Assembly: GCF_000016745.1 (NCBI RefSeq)
Contig: NC_009483.1
Span: 4,170,001 to 4,202,000, forward strand
Source of the DNA: Geotalea uraniireducens Rf4
GTDB taxonomy: Bacteria > Desulfobacterota > Desulfuromonadia > Geobacterales > Geobacteraceae
Direction of reading: 5' to 3'
DNA: 32,000 bases
Below, piece after piece: positions 1 through 6,952 of this stretch. The notes beneath the pieces are model-generated. The model made no database searches. It worked only from the letters and a program-made list of their open reading frames with translations, and was not told the DNA's origin. The translations under genes were made by a program, and so were the position numbers. Positions within the stretch are counted from its first letter, which is position 1, and each line of letters opens with the position of its first letter.

Positions 1-357
1 GACGAGGGTTGGCGCAAGAATGGTCATGATCCGGGAGAGGACCCTGGCATCAGCCACGGCGTCCCCCCCCTCCAGGCCATGATCCCAGAACCGTATCCCC
101 CGGTCAGCCCCCATGGAGAAGGCAAGCCGCAAGGTGTCGTCAAGACGGGCGGGACCGACTGCAAGAACGGTCACCGTGGCGCCGACTCTGTCTTTAAGGC
201 AGAGCGCCTCTTCCAGGGCCGCAAGATCGGCCGGGTTCGGTACGCGCCTTAAGCCCCGGTCGCTGATGCCAGCGCCCCGCGTGATGACGCGGGCCGGGGG
301 GCGAGGATCACTGCTCTCCCGAAGGAGGACGAGTATGTTGAGTTTTTTCTGTGGCAT
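1..357 (-). CDS. etfB: Electron transfer flavoprotein beta subunit (EtfB/FixA-like). N-terminal 119 codons only; the 3' end runs off the window.
   Basis: Not in the ORF track because it is open to the window edge. Manual reverse translation from ATG at 357 gives MPQKKLNILVLLRESSDPRPPARVITRGAGISDRGLRRVPNPADLAALEEALCLKDRVGATVTVLAVGPARLDDTLRLAFSMGADRGIRFWD. This matches the usual EtfB N-terminal pattern (NP.D..ALEEAL.LK ... V.V...GP ... A.AMGADR). Confidence 0.8.
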   Translation of the reverse strand, partial: MPQKKLNILVLLRESSDPRPPARVITRGAGISDRGLRRVPNPADLAALEEALCLKDRVGATVTVLAVGPARLDDTLRLAFSMGADRGIRFWDHGLEGGDAVADARVLSRIMTILAPTLV

Positions 358-379
358 GGGTAACTCCTGAAATTAATTT

Positions 380-436
380 TGAATTATGAATGTTGAATTT
401 TGAATTAAATTCAAAATTAAGAGTTCAAAATTCAAA
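380..436. repeat. Heptamer tandem array (TGAATTN x4) abutting an inverted array (AATTCAA-like x4). The core is an 11-bp dyad, GAATTTTGAAT(T)/AATTCAAAATT.
   Basis: Read directly: tgaatta tgaatgt tgaattt tgaatta | aattcaa aattaag agttcaa aattcaa. It lies in the 86-nt gap between the fixX stop (444) and the etfB start (357). Confidence 0.8.
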
Positions 437-443
437 ATTGCCT

Positions 444-722
444 TTACGTCATTCGGTACGCGACGCCGAATCCTCCCCGCGGGTAGCGCCAGCGGGTGAA
501 GGCGTTCTTGTGGCAGACCACATAGCAGGTGCCGCATTCCAGGCAGCCGTCATGGACGAAGGTCATTATTTGCTCCTCCTCCGACCAGGTGTAGCAACGG
601 GCGGGACAGGAGTTGGTGCAGCCGCGATTGTCGCAGCCGACGCAGACCGCAGTATCGAGAACGATATGGGGTTCCCGGTCGATGGTGAAACTGGTGAAGT
701 CGAATATTTCGTCTATGTTCAC
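444..722 (-). CDS. fixX: FixX-type ferredoxin-like protein (partner of ETF-quinone oxidoreductase)
   Basis: The 92-aa ORF carries Cys clusters CVGCDNRGCTNSCPARC and CLECGTCYVVC. It has the size and motif layout of FixX. The GTG start overlaps the fixC stop (GTGA). Confidence 0.85.
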   Translation of the reverse strand: MNIDEIFDFTSFTIDREPHIVLDTAVCVGCDNRGCTNSCPARCYTWSEEEQIMTFVHDGCLECGTCYVVCHKNAFTRWRYPRGGFGVAYRMT

Positions 723-2017
723 AATGCCCTCCAGGCGGTCAGGGCGTCGGAGATGGCGTTCTTCAGGCCGACCCTCTCCTTCACCTCCCGCAGGATGAGT
801 TTGGGGATGCTCATCTTTGGGGTGCCGTCGATGCGGTAGATGTGTTCCATCATGCTGCAGACCAGTTCCGGGTACTCATTGTAGATCCGCTCGATGTGGA
901 GCATCTTGGGAGCGTTTCTGAACCCCTTCAGGTCCTTCATTACCCAGCTCAGGTCGAGCCGTTCCTTGTAGCGTTTGAGCGTTTTCAGGGAAAAGTCCTG
1001 CTGCTGATGCGCCTCGATGACGGTCTTTCCCGCCAGGATGCCGGAGTGGGAGGCCAGGTTGATCCCCTCCAGGTTGACGCCGGTGGCATTACAGAGCGCA
1101 GCGGCGTCGCCGGCGACCAGAATGCCGTTGCCGGCCAGTTCCGGAATCATGTTGTAGCCACCTTCGGGGATGACGTGTGCCGAATATTCCTGCAACCGTC
1201 CCCCCCGCACCAGCTTGGCCACCTGCGGTTGCTCCATGAACTCGTTGAGCAGGTCGTAGGGGGTCTTGCCACTGGTGCGCAGACTGGCCAGGTGAAACAC
1301 CAGGCCGATCGAAAGCGAATCGTAGTTGGTGTAGAGGAAACCGCCACCGCGAACACCGCCGGTGCAGCCGACGAACTCATTGGCAAAGCCCTGGTCCCGA
1401 ACCAGCCCAAAGCGATCGTCGATCATCTCTCGCGGCATGTCGATCAGCGCCTTGACACCCACAGCCATCTGATCGGCATTGAACTTGGGACGGCGCAATC
1501 CGGCCTTCTGGGCCGTGAACGACAGTACACCGTCGGCGGCGATCACCACCGGGGCCTTGATCTGTCCCGTGCGTCCCAGGATGGAGACCCCGGCGATCCG
1601 GTCGTTCTTGTAGATCAGGTCGTCCACCGTGGAACGGGTGATCAGGGTGGCGCCGGCTTTGACGGCCTCTTCGGCCAACCAGCGATCAAAGCGGGGGCGG
1701 AAGACGGTATAACCGTTGTAGGGGGCGCGGTCGAAGTTGGTGGTTTCATGCTGTACGTTGAAGCTGGCCTCCGCCGTCATGAAGGTTGTCCCCTTCTTGG
1801 CGATGTGCCGCTCCAGGGGCGCCTTGGTCCAGAAGTCGGGCATGAGCTCTTCGATGGAGGTCATGCGGTGCAGGATGCCGCCGAACATGTTCTTTTCGCC
1901 CGGAAATGTGCCGCGCTCAACAAGGGCCACGTCCAGCCCGGCCCGCGCCATGGTCAATGCGGCCGAGGAGCCGGCCGGTCCCGCACCGACTACGATTGCC
2001 TGATACTGTTTACTCAT
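719..2017 (-). CDS. fixC: FixC-type FAD-dependent ETF:quinone oxidoreductase
   Basis: 432 aa. The N-terminal dinucleotide fold is AIVVGAGPAGSSAALTMARAGLDVALVERG, with an internal GDAA motif (LVAGDAAALCN). The ATGA overlap with the etfA stop and the following fixX complete the context. Confidence 0.85.
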   Translation of the reverse strand: MSKQYQAIVVGAGPAGSSAALTMARAGLDVALVERGTFPGEKNMFGGILHRMTSIEELMPDFWTKAPLERHIAKKGTTFMTAEASFNVQHETTNFDRAPYNGYTVFRPRFDRWLAEEAVKAGATLITRSTVDDLIYKNDRIAGVSILGRTGQIKAPVVIAADGVLSFTAQKAGLRRPKFNADQMAVGVKALIDMPREMIDDRFGLVRDQGFANEFVGCTGGVRGGGFLYTNYDSLSIGLVFHLASLRTSGKTPYDLLNEFMEQPQVAKLVRGGRLQEYSAHVIPEGGYNMIPELAGNGILVAGDAAALCNATGVNLEGINLASHSGILAGKTVIEAHQQQDFSLKTLKRYKERLDLSWVMKDLKGFRNAPKMLHIERIYNEYPELVCSMMEHIYRIDGTPKMSIPKLILREVKERVGLKNAISDALTAWRAL

Positions 2018-3018
2018 GGCGCACCTCCGACGCTCGATTTAACCCGATCCAGGAGGCGCGGCAGCACCTCCTTCAGATCGGCCACGAACCCCTCGTCGGA
2101 GTTGGTGAAAATGGGAGCCTTGGCATCGCTGTTGACCGCCACGATCCGCTTGGAATCCTTGATCCCTCCCACGTGGTGCATGGAGCCGGAAATGCCGAGT
2201 GCCAGGTAGAGCCGCGGGACCACGGTCCGGCCGGTCTGGCCGACCATCCGCTCGAAGCCGGTCCACCCCAGGTCGTAAACGGGGCGGGTAACGCCATAGG
2301 AGACATTCAACAATTTGCAGAGTTCTTTGAACTGCTCAAAGATGGCCGGATCGCACCCCTTACCGACGCTGAAGATCACTTCCGCCTCGGTCAGATCCAC
2401 GGTCTGCGGATCGGGCGGAATCCGCTCGATGATCGTGCCGGTGGCTCCGGTCGGCAGGGCCGCCGGTTGCCAGGTGACCATTGCGGGCGTGGTTGCGGTC
2501 ACCGATGGCATCAGGACCTGGCTTAAGGAGCGGGTCGGTACGGTGATCACCAGGGGGCGGTTGCCGTCCCAATTCTTGGTCTCCGCGATCCGGCTGCCGA
2601 GGGCCTGGCGGGAGAAACGCACCCCTTCCGGACCACGGCGGCCGCTGACCACCTCGGTCATGATGGCGGCATCCAGCGCCGCCGCCACCACCGGCGCCAG
2701 GGTGGCACCCAGGTCGTTATGGGGAAGCACCAGGAGGTTGGCCGACTGCTCGGCCACGAGCTGCGCCAGTGCTTTGCCGAGCAGAACCGGCGCGTCGAGC
2801 AGGGACTCGCACCCGGCCATCCGGGTGATGGCCGGAGTACCATAGGTGCCGAATTGGGCTAGAGCCTCTCCCTCCGGGAGAACGGGAGTGACCGCCCCCC
2901 AGCTGCCGTCGATGAAGCCGGCCAGCCTGGCACCGTAGGAGAGGAGCCCCCGTCCGGTCTCACCGAGTTCGCCATCGGGGAGATCGGCAAAAACGAGGAT
3001 CTTAGCGGTGAAGGACAT
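2014..3018 (-). CDS. etfA: Electron transfer flavoprotein alpha subunit (EtfA/FixB-like)
   Basis: 334 aa. The C-terminal FAD-binding signature is LYLALGISGSMHHVGGIKDSKRIVAVNSDAKAPIF (compare GISGAIQH.AG...S..IVAIN.D..APIF). The start overlaps the upstream stop (ATGA). Confidence 0.88.
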   Translation of the reverse strand: MSFTAKILVFADLPDGELGETGRGLLSYGARLAGFIDGSWGAVTPVLPEGEALAQFGTYGTPAITRMAGCESLLDAPVLLGKALAQLVAEQSANLLVLPHNDLGATLAPVVAAALDAAIMTEVVSGRRGPEGVRFSRQALGSRIAETKNWDGNRPLVITVPTRSLSQVLMPSVTATTPAMVTWQPAALPTGATGTIIERIPPDPQTVDLTEAEVIFSVGKGCDPAIFEQFKELCKLLNVSYGVTRPVYDLGWTGFERMVGQTGRTVVPRLYLALGISGSMHHVGGIKDSKRIVAVNSDAKAPIFTNSDEGFVADLKEVLPRLLDRVKSSVGGAP

Positions 3019-4979
3019 CAGATCTCCCTCCCGATCTTGTGCCCTTCCCAGATGGCCATGTCCACCTTGCGGGGAGCAACGCAGTCGCCAATCCGATACA
3101 ACTCCGGCACCTTCCCTTTCAGGCTCATGTACAGGTCTTCCTCCACCTGCTGTCCCATGACCAGAACGATGGAGTCATAGGGACCCCAGTCGAACCAAAC
3201 GTTGGAGTAGACATTGAACCCCTTGACGGTCTTGGCACCTGCTTCACCGCCGACTTCCATCACGGCGATGTCGGGAGTAAAGGTGACCCCCTTCTGCAGC
3301 AGCCGCTGGCGTGACGAGTAGAGGTCCTGGGTCGGTCCCAGCTCTGCGCAGATGAAGAGGCTGGAGGTGATCATGTCGATCTTTTTCCCCTGGTTGGCCA
3401 GGAACTCGGCGGTCGCCGTGGCGCGCTGGTGTCCGTCGTAGTCGATCAGACAGACGTTCTGTCCCAGTTCGGCCTCACCGTTCAGCACCTGCAGGACATT
3501 GAAGATTGCCGGACCGTCGGCGCCACCCACCGGGTGCTTCTTGGGGATGCTGCCGGTGGCCACAATCACCACGTCGGGCTTCTCGGCCAGGAGCTGTTCG
3601 GTGGTCGCCTCAGCGCCAAGCTTGACGGTCACGCCGGCTTTGTCCACCTGACTCTTCTCGTTGCGGATGATGACGCCGAACTCGTCGCGGCCGGTCCCCT
3701 TCATGGCGGTCACCACCTGCCCACCCAGGCCCTCGTTCCGATCGATGAGGGTGACCTTGTGGCCGCGGCGGCCGGCCATCTTGGCGGCCCACATGCCGGC
3801 CGGGCCACCGCCGACGATGGTCACATTTTTCTTCACGCTGGCCTTTTCCAGGGTACCTTCACCCCACTCCTTTTCCCGGCCGACAGCCGGGTTCTGGACG
3901 CAGCCGAGCGTCTTGTTCATGCCGATCCGGCCGATGCACCCCTGGTTGCAGGCGATGCAGTAGCGGATGTCTTCCAGCCGACCTTCCTGCGCCTTCTTCG
4001 GGAGGAACGGGTCGCAGATGAGTCCCCGGCACATGCCGATCATGTCGGCCTGGCCGTTGGCCAGCACCTTCTCGGCCATGACCGGGTCGTTGATCCGGCC
4101 GGTGCAGAAGACCGGCAGCTTGATCCGCTCCCGGATGCCGGCAGCCAGCGGGATGGTGTAGCCGAGCGGGGTGTGCATGGAGCCTTCCACCAGGTAGAGG
4201 TTGTAGAAGGTGGCAATGGAGAGGTCCATGAAGTCGATAAGTCCCGAGGCCTCGAAGCGGGCGCAAATTTCCTGCACCTGGGCCAGGTCCAGGCCGCCTG
4301 GAATCATCTCGTCGGCGCACATCCTGATGCCGAGGGTGAAGTCGTTCCCCACCGCCTTGCGGACCGCAGCGATGAACTTGAGCGGTGCCCGCATCCGGTT
4401 CTCCAGGCTCCCGCCGTACTCGTCGTTGCGGAAGTTGGTGAGCGGCGACAAGAACTGGCGAGCCAGACTGGAATGGCCGAACTGCAACTCGATCCCGTCG
4501 AATCCACCTTCACGGACGTGAATGGCACTCTTGGCAAAATAGCGGGCCACTTCCTCGATATCCTCCGGTTCCATTGCCTTTGGCGTCTCCCGGAACAGGA
4601 CATCCGGAATCGGCGACGGTGCCCAGACCGGCAACCGGGAGATGCTGCCGTCACCCTGCTGGCCGTTGTGGTTCAACTGGGCGAAGATCTTGGCGTCATA
4701 CTGGTGCACGTAGTCGGTGATCTTCTTGAAGCCGGGAATCACCTCTGCATGGTAGACATCGATCAGCTTCTCGTAGGCCATGTCGGTCGGATGGACCGTC
4801 AACTCCTCGGTGATAATGAGACCGGCCCCCCCCTTGGCCCTCTCGCCCCAGTAGTACATCTGCCGTTCGCTGGGAAGATTGCCTATCGCCAGGTTGGTCA
4901 GGTGCGGCTGGAAGGAAATGCGGTTCTTCACCTCGGTCGTACCCAGCTTGAGGGGTGAAAACAGATTCGGGAACATCAT
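3018..4979 (-). CDS. Fe-S flavoprotein of the 2,4-dienoyl-CoA reductase / trimethylamine dehydrogenase / NADH:flavin oxidoreductase family (OYE-like FMN barrel + 4Fe-4S + ADP-binding domain)
   Basis: 653 aa. The OYE-like N-terminus is LFSPLKLGTTEVKNRISFQPH. The Cys motif is YCIACNQGCIGRIGMNKTLGCVQNP. The second Rossmann motif is VTIVGGGPAGMWAAKMAGRRGHKVTLIDR. An AAGGAG RBS is present, and the gene starts 24 nt after the mftC stop. Confidence 0.8.
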   Translation of the reverse strand: MMFPNLFSPLKLGTTEVKNRISFQPHLTNLAIGNLPSERQMYYWGERAKGGAGLIITEELTVHPTDMAYEKLIDVYHAEVIPGFKKITDYVHQYDAKIFAQLNHNGQQGDGSISRLPVWAPSPIPDVLFRETPKAMEPEDIEEVARYFAKSAIHVREGGFDGIELQFGHSSLARQFLSPLTNFRNDEYGGSLENRMRAPLKFIAAVRKAVGNDFTLGIRMCADEMIPGGLDLAQVQEICARFEASGLIDFMDLSIATFYNLYLVEGSMHTPLGYTIPLAAGIRERIKLPVFCTGRINDPVMAEKVLANGQADMIGMCRGLICDPFLPKKAQEGRLEDIRYCIACNQGCIGRIGMNKTLGCVQNPAVGREKEWGEGTLEKASVKKNVTIVGGGPAGMWAAKMAGRRGHKVTLIDRNEGLGGQVVTAMKGTGRDEFGVIIRNEKSQVDKAGVTVKLGAEATTEQLLAEKPDVVIVATGSIPKKHPVGGADGPAIFNVLQVLNGEAELGQNVCLIDYDGHQRATATAEFLANQGKKIDMITSSLFICAELGPTQDLYSSRQRLLQKGVTFTPDIAVMEVGGEAGAKTVKGFNVYSNVWFDWGPYDSIVLVMGQQVEEDLYMSLKGKVPELYRIGDCVAPRKVDMAIWEGHKIGREI

Positions 4980-5003
4980 GATTAGTGGCTCCTTGAAGAT
5001 TTA

Positions 5004-6047
5004 TCAGGCGGCCTGCGCCGCTTTATTCGCGTCGGCAATGGAGGTCACGCAGCGCTCCAGGCACTCCGGGTCTCCGCCGTTGATGTCGTTTTTCAGGTGC
5101 CAGGCAACGGCCGGACAGCCGCCGTGGCACTGGTCGAAGCGGTTGCACTCCTCGCAGGAGTGGATCCGCAGGGAACGGAACGAGTCGTATATTTCCGAGC
5201 TGTCCCAGATCTCCTGGAAGCTCTGCTCCCGGAGCGAACCGGCCTTGAACCGGTCAGTCTGAAGAAAGGCACAGGGGTACATGTTGCCAGTGGGACCAAC
5301 ACAGCAGGTCAGCTTGGCCGCACCGCAGAGGTTCAAGCCCAGCCCCTGCCGCTCCTGTGAGGTCAGGGAGAAGAAGCTGTCGCCGGTCCGAACATCGCCG
5401 CTCTTGGCCAGCCAGTCGGAGAATGCGAGCAGCTGGGCCGGTGTCGGCCGGAGTTCTTCCCAGTTGTCCGCCCCCCGCCCGGACGGACGGAAGCGGCTCA
5501 CCCGCAGCGACACGCCGAGGGAGTGTGCCATCTCGTACATGGCCGGGATCTGGCTGGCGTTCTGGGTAGTGAGAACAGTATTGATGCTGGTCGGGATCGA
5601 GGTGGCGGCCAGAAGTTTGATCGCCTCGATGGCCTTGTGGTAAACACCTTTGCCGCGGATGGCGTCGCAGGTTTCCGCTGTGGCACCATCCATGCTGACC
5701 TGGATGGCAACCAGCCGGGTCGTGGCCAGACGGGCGACCCGCTCGGCATTGAGCAGGGTCCCGTTGGTGGAGATGCAGGTCATGATGCCCCGGCCATGAC
5801 AGGCGACCAGGATCTCTTCAAAATCGGGACGGAGAAACGGTTCGCCGCCGCCGAAATTGATCTGGAAGACTCCGGCCTGGTGGACTTGCTCCACCAGGTC
5901 GAGGGCTTCGGCCGTGGAGAGCTCGCCAGCGGCGGGCTCTCCGGAAGACGAAAGACAGTGGGTGCAGCGGAGGTTGCAGGCCAACGACACTTCCCAGGTC
6001 AAGTTCACCGGGGAACGAAGCCCCAGTTCGACATATCTATTGCTCAC
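5004..6047 (-). CDS. mftC: Mycofactocin radical SAM maturase MftC (radical SAM + SPASM domain)
   Basis: 347 aa. The CxxxCxxC motif is SLACNLRCTHC. The SPASM Cys motifs are CGAAKLTCCVGPTGNMYPC and CEECNRFDQCHGGCPA...DPEC. The GTG start overlaps the mftB stop by 11 nt. It lies directly downstream of MftA/MftB-type ORFs. Confidence 0.85.
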   Translation of the reverse strand: MSNRYVELGLRSPVNLTWEVSLACNLRCTHCLSSSGEPAAGELSTAEALDLVEQVHQAGVFQINFGGGEPFLRPDFEEILVACHGRGIMTCISTNGTLLNAERVARLATTRLVAIQVSMDGATAETCDAIRGKGVYHKAIEAIKLLAATSIPTSINTVLTTQNASQIPAMYEMAHSLGVSLRVSRFRPSGRGADNWEELRPTPAQLLAFSDWLAKSGDVRTGDSFFSLTSQERQGLGLNLCGAAKLTCCVGPTGNMYPCAFLQTDRFKAGSLREQSFQEIWDSSEIYDSFRSLRIHSCEECNRFDQCHGGCPAVAWHLKNDINGGDPECLERCVTSIADANKAAQAA

Positions 6048-6291
6048 GGAGAAACCCCTTTTCTAGAAGTTGGGTAACGAATTTCTGTAATGCCCGCTTC
6101 TGGTTGTCGGTCAGTCCCTCGGGGAGTTCATCCCTGTTGCGGACGGCCCCGTAGAAGTCTGCTGGAAGCAGCTTGCCGGTCTCGGCAAAGAGAAGGCGCG
6201 GCCCCCGTGAATCATAAAAAAGGAGGCCAAACCCTTCCTGCCGCACGCGACAAGCGGGGTGAAGTCGTATGCCTGCGCCTGCCGCTGCCAT
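6037..6291 (-). CDS. mftB: Mycofactocin precursor chaperone MftB (PqqD-family RRE protein)
   Basis: The track ORF 6037..6366 is trimmed to the internal ATG at 6291, which lies one base after the mftA TAA. The product is MAAAGAGIRLHPACRVRQEGFGLLFYDSRGPRLLFAETGKLL. This fits the MftB/PqqD pattern (L.P.v..R.E.FG.L.Y......L.F). Confidence 0.8.
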   Translation of the reverse strand: MAAAGAGIRLHPACRVRQEGFGLLFYDSRGPRLLFAETGKLLPADFYGAVRNRDELPEGLTDNQKRALQKFVTQLLEKGFLREQ

Positions 6292-6292
6292 G

Positions 6293-6400
6293 TTAGTAAA
6301 CCCCGCAGATGCCGTCGATTGCGAGCTCTTCAACCTGGATCTCTTCCAGAATCCGTGGCTCCTCATTACATGTTTCGTTTGTCTGTTTTTCAGTTTCCAT
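6293..6400 (-). CDS. mftA: Mycofactocin precursor peptide MftA (35 aa), absent from the supplied ORF track
   Basis: Manual reverse translation from ATG 6400 to TAA 6293 gives METEKQTNETCNEEPRILEEIQVEELAIDGICGVY. The C-terminal IDG.CGVY is the hallmark of MftA. AAGGAG lies 7 nt upstream of the ATG. Confidence 0.85.
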   Translation of the reverse strand: METEKQTNETCNEEPRILEEIQVEELAIDGICGVY

Positions 6401-6465
6401 TTTTCTTCTCCTTTAGAGTGTTCTTTTCTGCGCAGATTTCGTTGCGCGTTTTATATACGGTATTA

Positions 6466-6481
6466 TGCAACGCCGATGCCA
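6466..6481 (-). promoter_or_regulatory. sigma54 (-24/-12) promoter for the mftA operon
   Basis: The minus strand reads TGGCAT-CGGCG-TTGCA with correct GG-N10-GC spacing. It lies about 66 nt upstream of the mftA ATG. Confidence 0.7.
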
Positions 6482-6621
6482 AAAAATAAAACAACGATTT
6501 ATACGTAAATTCCATGGCATTAGCAACAGGCAAATATGGCAGATTTCCATCGAATTGTGGAGAAATGGGGCAACCCATAAGAAAAGAACGTGTCCGCACC
6601 ATAGCTTGATTGTCGACTTTC

Positions 6622-6646
6622 TCCACAACGGGGATTTTATCTACAC
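6622..6646. promoter_or_regulatory. Candidate enhancer (UAS) site TCCACAACGGGGA plus an ATCTACAC half-site
   Basis: It lies about 148 bp upstream of the -24 GG of the mftA promoter. It matches 11 of 13 positions with TCCACACTGGGGA at 16694-16706, and resembles sites at 18215-18227, 23990-24001 and 24012-24023. Confidence 0.5.
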
Positions 6647-6741
6647 TATAATAAACCTGTGTTTTGATTTTATAGGTAGCACCATACTAAAATGGGAAAA
6701 TCGCAATTTAAATTTACCCGGCAGCGGCAATAAAAGGCTCG

Positions 6742-6773
6742 CCCGCGATGGCGGCTTGGCACCATGCCGCGGG
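6742..6773 (-). terminator. Possible terminator hairpin after the HD-GYP operon
   Basis: The minus strand reads CCCGCGGCATGG-loop-CCATCGCGGG, a 10-bp stem with a 2-nt bulge. A TTTTATT run follows, but only after a 6-nt gap, so this is a weak call. Confidence 0.3.
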
Positions 6774-6952
6774 ACCGGATTCTGTCGAAAAGGCGCTAAG
6801 GGAGCTGTTCTTTGGAGATCAAGGATAAGTTGTCAGGCGGTTTTCGGAGCTTAATATTGAGAGAGGAATCAGGGAAGATGGCTGCAGGACTCAGCGCTAT
6901 ATATGCAGGAATTGAAATATTTGGCAGGCTTTCGGAGGGCGGTACGCCCATG

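Noticed and set aside
113-370. 85-aa plus-strand ORF at the left edge
   Set aside because: It is antisense to the clearly EtfB-like reading frame (1..357, minus) and has a highly basic Arg/Ser/Ala-rich composition.
842-4958. Long plus-strand ORFs (842..2209 at 455 aa, 3429..4958 at 509 aa, 1906..2526, 2315..2845 and others) antisense to fixC, etfA and the flavoprotein gene
   Set aside because: These are typical GC-rich antisense shadow ORFs, with Arg/Gly/Ala/Pro-rich composition and no recognisable motifs. The minus-strand genes have clear family signatures and coupled start/stop junctions. The same reasoning applies to 10534..11544, 12448..13299, 15137..15859, 19971..20780, 21815..22561, 23181..23798 and the ORFs at 29972..31749.
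6037-6366. 109-aa track ORF, MRSHGFWKRSRLKS..., read as the full MftB
   Set aside because: Its first 25 codons overlap the MftA ORF in another frame and look non-proteinaceous (basic, low complexity). The internal ATG at 6291 sits one base after the mftA stop and yields a normal-length PqqD-like protein.
6465-6854. 129-aa plus-strand ORF in the mftA upstream region
   Set aside because: It spans the AT-rich regulatory region holding the sigma54 promoter, the UAS and a hairpin. It has an odd basic composition, no RBS and no recognisable domain.
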